DNA of 64,000 nucleotides from Protoeuglena noctilucae (lineage: Eukaryota). The notes beneath the pieces are model-generated. The model worked only from the letters and a program-made list of their open reading frames with translations. It ran no database searches and was not told where the DNA came from. Shown in pieces: positions 26,240-39,016 of this stretch. Where the stretch lies: assembly GCA_958009085.1 (NCBI GenBank), contig OY253678.1, positions 310,001-374,000 on the forward strand, written 5' to 3'. The translations under genes and the position numbers were made by a program. Within the stretch, counting starts at the first letter, position 1, and the number at the start of each line of letters is the position of its first letter.

Positions 26240-29130
26240 ATGCGTGATGTTCCCTTTAATCAGCTCTGTGCTTCTTGATGCGTCGTTTCAGTTGAACTGA
26301 CTAGGGTCCCGTCTTCGAGAGATGCCTCTGCTATTAATATTGAAAGAATAAGCTCGCTAGCGACGCACGGGGTCATTACATCATCAAAACTGCGAGTTAC
26401 CCAGCTGCTCGCAAATGCGCTAAAGATGGCAGTTGTGCAGCTTCCTAGTGCAACTTGCACTTAATCCTCCTCGACCGTCACGGAGCCGACGTTCCGGCCA
26501 CTGGGAGACGTTCTACACCGAGGCTCCACTTTGAGCCAAGATCCACTTTCCCTGGCACGAGGCCGAAATTTTCGCCGAGATGGAGTTCCTTCTTGGTGTT
26601 ATCGGGGAACATCGCGACCATACGGGGAAGACGGGGTTCGCCCTTTGGCACTCGGTAGAATGAAGGTCCCTCAACAATGTCGTACGAGACCATCACCTTG
26701 ATTGCCTCTATGTACAGCACACCCTGTAGGGAGTGAAGAGAAGTGAGCAGAAACAGTGCTATAACCTGCTAAGTTAGAGTCTGTAATTGGACCATGTGTT
26801 GCTTATTGTAAAATGGATTGCTTACCATGTCAATCAGCCGAGCTTGGAGACCGGTTACCAGCTTTTTTTCGTCGATGTCAGAGCCGCGGTACCACAGCGT
26901 GTCGTCGGCCTCCAGCACCTTGCCACCCTGGAATCCTGGGAGATAGTCAACGGACAGCCACCCACTCTTTACGGACACGTTGAGGAAAAATTCGAAGCCT
27001 GGTTTGGAAGTGTTAGGCGACGATTTATCGGTGATCGCTCGGGCCTGATCCATGTTGAGGCCCTGCATGGGCGTAATGCGTGCAACATGTTACAAGAGAC
27101 TGCACTTACGTGTTTAGAAAACCACCGTTAGTGTGAAGCAAAAAAGGCTCGTGCTTATTATTTTGCAGAGCTGGAAACGGCTCAATTTGTCAACAGCATT
27201 GCAGAAATATGAAAATTACCATTCTTGTCTTCATACACCGTTTGGCAACGTCAAAATGTGTAAGATTATCTATAAACATTGAGCCTTTAAACGCTCACCA
27301 TTAACATAAGCTTCGCCATTTTCTCTTGCTTTGCCATCCTGTCTTTCTTATTTCCCGAAAAGTCGATTTTGATGATATCCAAGCTTTCCACTGCGATGAA
27401 GACGGGGCGGTTAATCGCAATTTTTGGAAGCACTTTAGAATGAATACAATGACAATTGTCGGCTATAGTGCATTTATGTCTTGGAAAACTTTTCGGCACC
27501 TGCGTTGCTGTCCACACCGCTCTGCTTTTGGTAGGACTGCTTATCGCATTCCATGACCATCTTGGACAACCCCCCGCAACTGCACTCGGCATCCCACATC
27601 CCTTTTTGAAGCAGAGGGATAGGGACAGGGTTCTCTGAATGGGCGCCATCAGCCGTGATCCGGACCATGGCAAGGATGGGGTCATGATCAAAAATTCCCT
27701 TGGCCACGCTTGGGTCGTGTGGATGCAGCCAGACAGAGTCTCTGGGAAACTCTGCGTGCAATCCGGAGGTTGGACACACCGCACCCACGAAGTCGATGAC
27801 CCCTTGCGTCATCCCATACTCGACAGGGGGACTTGGGGCAGGGCGAGACGCATCCCAAGTAACCTTTTTCTTCATGCCTTTCTTGCAGTCGTACGTCGGA
27901 ATTTGGACCCTCTTCCACGTCTCATTTACCTCGTAATTGCGGCAGAATACCTCCTCATAGAGCTTGATGTTGGCATCGCACCCCACCAAAACGGGCAACT
28001 TGGACTCATCCGCCAGGCCAGCAAAAAATGCACATGCCACAGACCATAGGCTGCAGGAAGCGAGGAAGGGCTGAGGCTTCGTATACATCTGCGCGTTTAT
28101 TATGAAGAGTCAGCCATATTGAAGTGAATGTTTGCTCACCCATATCTCTCACTGTCTCCGTCATTAAGGCCGTTGTTAAAGCCGTGGTAATTCACCAGCA
28201 AAAACTCGTCACGGCCTTGTCCTTTCCGCTTGCACTTGACGATGAGCATCCTGCCGGTCAATGATCCCAGGCGGCCTTTCATTCTGGTTTTAAGATCACC
28301 GCGCAACTTGAGGAAACGACACAATTCTACCTGCAGATGGGAGGACTTGCATGCAATTTTAGTCGAAGATAGCATGAAACAGCTCTGTATATAAATGCAT
28401 TTGCATGTTTTAAAACTCGACAGTACTCACCAAACATCTTGTTTATCTCTTTTCTACAAAATGGAGAAATTCCATTTGCAGGAGCCAATGATAACGAGGT
28501 AAGGGCCCTTGGCGGTCTCCTGGTGGAATAGCTCATACCCCTCATCACCGGTTTTATCTTTGTTCAGCTTGTCGAGGACACTCTTACTGTAACACTCTTC
28601 CTGAACTGGAACCTCCTGGAGTAAGACAAAATCGGGCTTGGTCTCCTTAATCTTGGACACGGTAAGGCTGTATGATTTTCGCCACCCCCGTTTCGGGCCC
28701 ACGTTGGCCGACAGCATCTTCACGTCCAAAGGATAGGGCGGCTCGGTTGCCGTGTCGCGGCGAGCGTCTCCGGACCCCCCCATGGGGCGGCGACTCTGTC
28801 CTTAGGCCCGCCTGCATGCGAGGGGCGATGCACGTGTACTTTCTTGCAGCAGGAACCTCATCGAAGGCCGTCAGGGATGCCCAACCAGACATGTTGCCGC
28901 ATTCCAGGCCCTCTTGATGCACACACAAAGACTCTCCGGCGAAAACTGCCTTGACGCAAACAATCATACAAATGTTATATCAAATCATCCACATAAACGG
29001 CCTTCGCCGAAAGATTGCAGCGAAAGGGCGGACTGTGCTCTCGCGGCAGTCGGCGTGGTCCAGCTCCGGACTGGGAGGGCATACGCTGCTTTCTCAACAC
29101 CAGCGCAGCATTTACGCATCAATGAAGGGC
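26240..29130. other. AT-rich compositional island (boundaries approximate)
   Basis: GC drops sharply right after the stop at 26230; 27181-27240 has 21/60 G+C against roughly 70-80% in flanking exons; frequent A/T-ending codons. Confidence 0.85.
26478..28783 (-). CDS. EEP-superfamily (DNase I/APE-fold) nuclease/phosphatase with unknown C-terminal region, about 6 exons; possibly disrupted at exon 1
   Basis: EEP motifs in order: MLSANV, PDFVLLQEV, FLLVNYHG, VLVGCDAN, VIDFV, FDHDPI; in-phase introns 28139-28051, 27499-27433, 27298-27063, 26825-26724; exon 1-2 junction unresolved. Confidence 0.78.
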
Positions 29131-30088
29131 AAATGCGCACCCTGGGGTGGGGAGTGCCGCTCCGCAGCCCAGGGTTCCTCACCAAGGGCGCCCGCAGGGC
29201 TTTCGACCTTGCCACCCCCTCTGACCGACGTAGCCCCGCTCCCGGACTCTCTCACACCAACCAGCGCCTGTAGCTCGCTTGCGACCCCTCAAGCCGACGC
29301 GGAGGCCGCGGAATCCCGGATGTGCGAGCAAGCGCGGGGTCCAAAACGACGAGAGGCCTTCGCTGTTACTGTCTCGATCCGCATTGCCCTCACAAGCGCA
29401 CATGGGAAGCACGCCGCCGGGAAGTTTCGCCGTTGCACACTGTTGACAGTGTTCCGGCGGGTAGGGCACCGGTGGATGCAGCCGTTCAAACCTCGTCGGT
29501 CCCGCCGCTACGCTCGCAGCCCACAAATTGTTCGCATGCTCTTCTGAGACCCGACCCCCGCTGCGCCGCGGCGCTATTCGGCCCCGCCGGGCGCTAGCTC
29601 CGGGCACGACGCGTCCCTGGTGTGCAGTCCTCCCCGACATTCAATATGATGTGTTTCAGGCGGCCCCCGGAGGATTTGAGCGGCCTCTTCGTCGCCCGGA
29701 AGCGGCGGGGCGGCGAGAGTCTCGAAGAAGGTGCGGAAACCCCGACGCGGGTGGGACGATCGCCCTTGTTTCCTGCCCGCGAGCCATGATTGCTTCGTTC
29801 TTGCTGCGGGGAACCGCGCCTGGCTCGCCCGGGAGCTCGGCCGGGGCGGACCGAGCTCGTTAGGGAGCGGCCCCACTCGCGGCGCTCGAGGCATCGCTGC
29901 GGCCTTGCGGGGCCCGCGGCACGGTTCCTGTTGATCGTCGAATCGCGCGCCGAGTCGCGGGGTCCTCGGATCGCCGCGTCGCGCCTTCCCGACCCCCTCG
30001 CATGCTACCGTCGCCCGGGCGCAATTCGAAGGTCTGGGACCCCCTCGCAGAGCGTCCCGGCAATTGGCGTGGGCGGAAGTCGTCCAGG

Positions 30089-31018
30089 ATGAACGGAACG
30101 GGGAAGAAGATTCACGAGGCGAGTCGAAAACCCCCCGCCCCGTCCGTTCCCCTCGGGTCGCCTCTCCGGGAGCCGCTTGGGGGGCGACGATCGCACGTCG
30201 TGAATCTTTCCTGACGATTAGTGGCGCACGCGTCGCGCGCAAGTCCCCGCGATCCCCGGGAGGCAGAAAACGCTCCCTCCCTCCCTTGCATCCAGGACTG
30301 TCCCCGACCTCCCGCGGCGGACCCCGTGGATCCCTGGGAGGCCCTGAACATCCACATCATCCCGACCAAGGTCGCGCGCGTCGTGCCGGAGGAGGCCATC
30401 ACCGTCACGCGCCGGATGCCCCCCGTCTCGTGCCCGGGGCTCGGCAGCGTGGGCAGCGAGACGTCCGCCGAGCTCTTCCCGTGCCGCAAGCTCGAGCTCC
30501 GGTGAGCCCACGCTCGACGCGCCGCGATCGACCTGCAAAGGCCCCCGGCCGCTTCCATCTCATGTGACGGCATGCGCGCCCTGTCTTGCGACACGTGCAG
30601 CATCCCGAAGAAGGACTCTGAGGAGGACGACTCGCCGACGTGGGACGCGGAAGACGACGGAGCCGGCACGCCCGGCCGCCGGATGAGCCGGGACGGGCCG
30701 AAGGGCAGCCGCCGCCGCGTGAGTTGCGCAAGCCAGCCACCTGCTGACAGCGAGAGCCGCCAGTGCACCTGGGCGTTCGCTATCATGCGCTTCCTCTCGC
30801 CCCCGCGCGCACAGAGCTCCGGACTGGGCTGGGCGGAGCGCGACCGCACCTATGCCAATGACGCCGAGCTCGCCCTGGACGGTGGCGCCGGCCTCCTGAC
30901 GCCGAGGGACGTGGGCCGGGCGTCCGGGGGCGTGGCGGTGGCCGTGTCCCGCATGGCGAGGATCTTTGAGAGCATGATGAGTTACGAGCACCCCCCAGCC
31001 AGGGAGTGCCACCTCTGA
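30089..31018 (+). CDS. Small hypothetical protein, about 4 exons
   Basis: MNGTGKKIHE|DCPRPPAADPVDPWEALNIHIIPTK... to ...HPPARECHL*; host-like codon bias, phase-compatible splice sites. Confidence 0.55.
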
Positions 31019-31052
31019 GCGAGACGGACGGACCAACACGCCCGACCGTCTT

Positions 31053-31071
31053 CCTACCTACCTACCTACCT
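31053..31071. repeat. (CCTA)n microsatellite, about 4-5 units
   Basis: cctacctacctacctacct directly visible. Confidence 0.8.
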
Positions 31072-31841
31072 GCGCCGTCTTCCACCTCAATGCGCACCCT
31101 GGGGCCGCACGGCAGACCCTCAGCGACCGTGCTCCAACGCATGACCAACCGCAACACCCGGGAGCCATCCTCGGGGCGACAGTAAACGGCCAACCGTCGC
31201 CGAGCCATGTCGTGCGACACCAAGTGATCGCCGGTGCACCCCAGGCGACCTTTGCTTGCCTCCATGACTGCGCGACCGTCCCGAGTAACCCCTGCGACCG
31301 TGTCCCTTCTCCTCTCCTCTGCGCCTCTGGGCACATGCACAGCTCGTCGGCTCTGGCGCCCTTGCATCCCAACGCCGCATGGCGCCCTGTTTTACCCTCT
31401 GCTGCATGGCCCTCTCCCCCTCGCTGCGACATAAGGCGGCGGCAGGGACGCCTTTTCGCCTTGCTCCTGACGACGCTACTCTGCTCGTCTGTTCGCCACC
31501 CCCGTCTCCTCGACTCGGGTGATGAACGGACCTAGAGGCGGCCAGCAGGCGGGCCTCCATCCATGTCTGTCGGCTTTTCCTTTTCTCCTCCCTCTTTTGC
31601 GCTCTCTCTCCTCTCCCGGACGGCGAGCGGGACGACACCCTGCGTCGTTCACGGGCCCCCAGCAGCATGCACGCAAGGCCCGCGTTAGACCCGACACGGT
31701 CGGCATGGAGGGTTTTTGGCGGGCACAGCCTGTGCCTCTGGCCGCGTTTGGCTACAAATTTTGAAGCGACCAAGCTACTGACCTAGCCTGAGATCTGCCA
31801 ATCTATGTTGCACACCCGTGCTCTCTCAAGCAGCTCGCAAT

Positions 31842-34800
31842 CTAGAGAGCTTCAGAGGGCGCTTCTGGTACCCCTTCTGGCACTGTGGCGCCCGCTTCCT
31901 GGGCCGCACCGTTAGCCAAGAGACTCACCGCTTCGGGCAGTCCAGCCAGGACCTCTGCGCCTAAGCTTGGACCGCCATCCCCCTCAACCCCAGCTCCCTC
32001 CCCACCAGCCCCGTCAACCCCAGCTCCCTCCCCGCCCACAAGAAGGCCACTTGGGTGGTTTGGTAGTCGCAAAGGGCTGCCCGCCTCGGAGCCGCCCCTC
32101 TCCCACGGTGTCCCCTCCTCTGCCGCAGCCGGACTGGCCGTATCCCCAGGCACAAGTGGCTCCTGCTCTTTGTCAGAAGCTTCTTCTCCGACCACAGCTT
32201 CGCCCGCACCCTCCCTGACACCTGACGCGTCACTGCCTCCCCCGTGCCACAAGTCGTCGCTGCCACTCCCCGTGTCCCACGCCTCGATGGGAAACGAGGC
32301 CGTTGCACCCGCGATGACTGCGCTGGGCAGCCCCGGAGAGTAGCTCATTCCACTGACGTCCACGGCCATTGCCGCAGCCACCACCTCGGGACTGCGTGGC
32401 CCGTCGGGCGGTGCCGCTTCCACTCCACTCGAAACCACGGCTGGCTCCCCCGCTCCGTTCGCCTCGCCCACCTCCGCCTGCCAATCACCGGTCGCCTCCC
32501 TCGCCCTCTCCTCATCGCCACCGTCCAATGCTGCTGCCGGTGACTCCGACGCGAGCTGCACGAAATGCACCTTCGCCACCTCCCGCACCTCACCGCCCTC
32601 TATGCCCCCGACTTGCGGTGCTACGTCGCTCGGCATGACCGGGGCCAGGGCCGACTCAAGCAAGCCCGGCCCAACCCCCTCGGCTGGCCCCACAGCGACA
32701 TCCCCTGCCTCTGACGCCCCCACCACAGAGATGGAGACCCGTGGCGCCGCTGTCAGCAACACGCCGTCGCCAGAGCCAGTGAATGACTCTGGGCTCGGTG
32801 ATCTGTGGTGTATCTCTGCCACGACGGGTTCCCGGAATGTGACCTCCGCCAAAGGCGCAGGAGGGTCCGGAGACTGTGCCGGGCTGGGCTCCCAGAGAGG
32901 CCTTCGGATCACCTCTTGTGTGGCGAGAGCAACAGGGGTGGCCAAGACGAGCACCCCATGGCCCGGCTCACGGCCTGGCGCGGGACTGGGTTTCTGGGAC
33001 GATGCACTCGGGTCCCCAGGCGCCGTGTGGGGCATGCCAGGAGATGGCGTCTCGGGTGCACCAGCAGAGGGCAACGCGGGCACGCGAGCGGACGGTGTCT
33101 CGTGCGCGCTCATGGGCGGCACCACAGCAGCGTCTGGCGGATCGTCCACGCTCACAGACGACCGCGCGGAGCTGTGGTAGGTCACGGGGGAGGGACACGC
33201 GCCCGTCGCGAAGGGCGACAGAGCCACCTGCGGACAGGAAGACGGCATGGCTGGGGTGGATAGGGTGCGATTGGGGTAAGCACCCAGCATTGTGGTTGGC
33301 GCAAGTGAGGCAAGTTAGGGACCGCCTGGTGACACTGGAGACATGAAGTGCCTTGTCATCATCATCATCATGCTGCACCTAACCGTGCAGCACTGGCGCC
33401 CCACGGCCTCACCTGGGCGTCCCAGGTGCCACGCCGGCCTAGGCATCGCTGGACGGCTGCCACCGCCACGCTGCCCTCGGCCGCAGCTGACAGCGACGCT
33501 TTGCTGACCGCGAGGGACAGCGACAGGGCGGCGGCGAGGCCACGGATCGCGGAGTCCGACTCCTCAGCGGCGGGCTGCCTCACTGCTGCTCTGTTGCGCC
33601 TGAGTAAAGCCCAGCCGTTGCCCTTGTCGTCTTCGTCGAGGTTCACCCGACCCACGGCAGCGTCCCACAGCGTCACGAGGCTGACGGTGACGAGGAGCAG
33701 CTGAGCAGGGGACCATGCTGAGACTGCGGGGGCGATGAGGGACGGCACGTGATGGTGGTGCTGAGATGGTGAGTCCCAAAGTGGAGCGAGCCTGGCCAGC
33801 ACACTGAGTGTCGCATTCATACATCGCTACAGCGGAGAAGAGTGCCGAGCTCACCTGACCACTCCCACGCGTCTTGCAGCGCGGGCTGTGGCTCTGCAAC
33901 TGACGCGTCCACCGGACCCAGGTCCAGCGATCCCCGGTGCGCCCTGCTTGCTAGCAGCAGCATGCCGGCATAGTAGGCCACAGCGACGCCAGCGAGGGCA
34001 TACCGGGACCAGGCGTTGCCAGACCATTGTCGGACGACGCTGGCGTGCAGACCTGCTGCAAGGATCAGCACACCGAGGAGCTCACAGAGCGAGAGGAGGG
34101 CGTTTGGCACTGTATCACCGTCCTGGGCAGCCGCCAGCGTCGTGATGAGGCGCGGGAGAGCGTGGTCCGTGGCCACCCTGCAATTGCACAGCTCAAGGGT
34201 CATGGGTGGGTAGGAGTTTGCCAAAGGGTAGCCAAGGGGACAAGGACAACATCTATTACTACTGTGGCAACCATATACCATTCATGGCCAACAACAGAGA
34301 TCGTCCTGTCGGTCAGTCTCGCAGGGCCCGGCTGTCACCTCAGCGCCGCAGCAGCCGCGTCCGCCGCCAGCAGCGCCCCAGCGAAGGCGACGTGCAGCGC
34401 CGAGGACAGGAAGCGAATCACACCTCGACCCCCGCGCACCGCGTCTCCGGCTTGCGAGAGCCGTGCGGCTGTCGTGGCAGCCGCAGCCGTTGCGTACTCT
34501 GCCGTCGCGACACCCGCGCCGACGACCGGCCTGTAGACGGCGCTGACAGCAGGGTGCCCGACGCGCTTCCACGCGAGGAGCGGCAGCCACGCTGCGAGGG
34601 TCCCCACACGCCCGAGTGCCCGGCCGATTGGAGCGAGGTATGGCCCGATATCCTCCCAAGAGTCCGCGGCCTCTTGAGCAGCCCACGCGCCCGCCGCAAA
34701 GACGGCACCGGTGCCACGGCTGAGGATCCACGTCCCTGCAGCTGCCGCCGCTGCCACTCCAGGCCCGGCAACTCGCCTGGCCACCGCGCCGATGCTGTGG

Positions 34801-36499
34801 GAGGCAGGGCCGACGATCCCGGCGACCACGGCGCTTGCGGATTGGACAAGGGCGGCTCCCAGGTCCGCGCTGGCGTCGGAGAGGGCGTCGAGTGCCATGT
34901 GCAGGGGCGGTGCGCACGCCCAGGCGACGAAGCGGATGGCGAGGATGGCGGGGGCGAGCAGGGTGGCTGCGGTGGCTGTGGCCAAAGCCTGGAGAGCCAC
35001 AGCGGCAGCTGGCGCGCCTGCGGTCAAGCTCAATACCCCCCATGCATCTCGGCACCGCTGCCCGGCTGCGGCGAGGTCCGCCAGGGCGAAGAGCGCTTGG
35101 ATGTCGAGTCCTCTTCCAGCGTCACCCTCCTTGGGCGCGAGGGCGGGCTGCACGGCGGCCCATGCGAGGTCACTGACGCAAGCCGCCGCGGCGGGGACGG
35201 CGAGCAGGGCGGCCTTCGCGATGCTGAAGAGGCGCAGGAGGGCGTGCGAGTGCAGGACCGACAGACGCACGCCTTCCAGAGCCAGGGGCAGCGTGAGGGC
35301 ATCGATAGCCACGGTCTGCGAGCGCAGGGGAGATGTGTGGCTGTCAGCTACCGTCGACGGGCCACTGCTTGTGAGGGGCGTGCACACGGCGGGGACACCG
35401 CCCCTCGCCAGCTCAATGCGGCACACGGCGAGCTCGCCTCGGGTGCCTTTTTATCCACCGACTCGAAGAAGCCGTGCAGCCAGAGGTGCGCTGGGCGGAG
35501 AAGGCGTTGCAGGGGGCTCTGCAACGCCGCTTGTCGTGAGGGCTGCAAGCGCTCTGCCCTGCGCAGGTGCTCTGCCTCCCTTGCACGCATCCCTCGCAGC
35601 TGCCGATCCACCTGAAGGAAACCAATTGAGTCGCGGATAGCGCTCCAGCAAAGCAGTCGCTCATCAGCACAAGCTGCACGCTGAGAGCGGAGCAGGGCGT
35701 GACTTACTTGGAGTGCCGCGGGTGCCTTGAGTACCTCTCTCCCGCTGGACTTCACCAACTCCGTCTTCACCGATGGGCCCCGCTGCGACGAGGCATCGAG
35801 ATAGACGCAAGCGAAGGCCACGGTGACTCGAGGGGGCGCAGGGATGGGCGCGGGGCGGCGTCGGACTGCAGCAACGGCGCGCGCCAGGAGCAGCGCGAGG
35901 GTCCCGGTGCCGGGCTCCACGCTCATGACGGCCTGCACGGGCCGCAAGAGCCCAGAGGGCACGAGCGGCGGGCGCCAGTGACGGGTCGGGACCGGACCAG
36001 CATCATCAATGGCACCCGGCCGTGGTAGCGCGTCGTGTGCGGTCTCGGACGCTGTGATGGGGTCCGGCAGGGCGTAGGCCCAGGGGAGGAGGGCGAGCTG
36101 CAGCAGCGACCCAATGACGTGGAGGGCCAGCCATGGCGCGAGGGCCAGGGAGAGGAGGGCCTCTGAAACGGTACACCGAGTCCAGGAGGTCGCGACGGCC
36201 CACGTCACTTGCAGGCAGCCGCGGGCGACGAGGACTGGGGCGCGCAAGAGGAGCGCGTGGAGGAAGGCGCCACGGGAGGCACGCGACTTGGAGAGGGCGG
36301 CGGTCACGGCGTTGCGCGCCCGGCGAGCCGACTCGTCCGCGGCCTCGATGGCGCTGCGTGGAACGGCGGGGGCGGCAAGGATGAGGCTCAGCAGCAGGAA
36401 CTGGCCGGGGACGTCCGTACGTCCCTTTCTACGGATGCAATGGAGGCGAGATTGTGACGAAGGCCTAGCGCAGGGCCGTGAGTGGCTCCACATTTTCAC
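31842..36499 (-). CDS. Large hypothetical Ala-rich protein with hydrophobic segments and an acidic, Pro-rich disordered C-terminus; 5' end uncertain
   Basis: Long successive minus-strand ORFs (35348-36499, 34335-35426, 33817-34281, 33368-33820, 31842-33290) with plausible splice sites; no family recognised. Confidence 0.5.
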
Positions 36500-36811
36500 C
36501 GTCGGAACGCCGGGGCCGAAAAGCGAGCCGGCTCGTGCGAGTGCAAAGCCATTTATGCCCGAGGAGTATCGCCCCGCCGAAGCAGAGCAGCTGGACGACG
36601 AGAGTCCATGCCTTGCTCCCCGGGTGTAGCCCGGAAAGCGAGCCTCGTCAATCAGTCGGTGCGAGAGGGTCGGAGGCTTGATGGCTTCGAAACTCCGCCC
36701 GAAACAGCAAGTAGGTCAGGGCTGGGGAGGCAGGGCGTTAGGGTTGCGGGGTCGCAGGTGGAGGTTCGAGAGTTCGATGCGGTCGCGAGCATGCTATGAG
36801 TACCCTCGGCG

Positions 36812-38547
<1,736 letters not shown>

Positions 38548-38656
38548 ATTGCATGGAACGGCAAACTGACTGGCGGGCGGGCAAAACGCTGGACCGTGCA
38601 GTCAGCAGCGTAGTAGGGGCTCCGCCTATGCATCGGCGGTCCAAAGCGGCAGGACG

Positions 38657-38661
38657 CTGTA
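38657..38661 (+). promoter_or_regulatory. Putative chlorophyte TGTAA polyadenylation signal of CCT
   Basis: gacgcTGTAAcaaa about 110 nt after the CCT stop; coordinates may be off by 1-2 nt. Confidence 0.45.
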
Positions 38662-39016
38662 ACAAAACTTGAACGATTACTGCAACGATCAATACCGTCA
38701 CCAACGTGGGCACAGACGACCATCAGCTCAGTCCCGGTCAGTGGCCCTCCGCCTGGTGGGTCAGAGAAGGCACTAGCGCATTAATGAAGTGATTAGCAAG
38801 TAGCCGCGCCATGTCGTGAGGGCAGTGAGAGGATCGTAGGCCGGGGGACAGAATTTTTGTGGACACCAGCTTCTGGGACACCTCTTGCGCGCTCACGGCT
38901 GCTAGGTCTCGAAGCCGTCAGAGATATGGCATTGACACTTGCTTCTGCTGTACCCTACGCAGGAGGAGGCTTGAGCCTGGGCTTTCGGGAGCAGCAGCGG
39001 CCACCACCCACGAACC

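Noticed and set aside
18721..28456. TAG reassigned to Gln (as in some ulvophytes), suggested by in-frame TAGs at 21851 and 28454
   Set aside because: TAG ends conserved proteins at their expected C-termini here (Tubby KLACE*, GR, CRTISO), so it functions as a stop
26240..29130. Island as a complete LINE, Helitron or endogenous giant-virus fragment
   Set aside because: No RT, Rep/helicase, integrase or viral hallmark gene, no poly(A) tail, terminal inverted repeat or target-site duplication found by eye; kept only as an island of unknown origin
31981..32036. 27-nt tandem duplication encoding GGEGAGV(D/E)G twice
   Set aside because: Ordinary slippage duplication in a disordered coding region; not CRISPR-like or mobile
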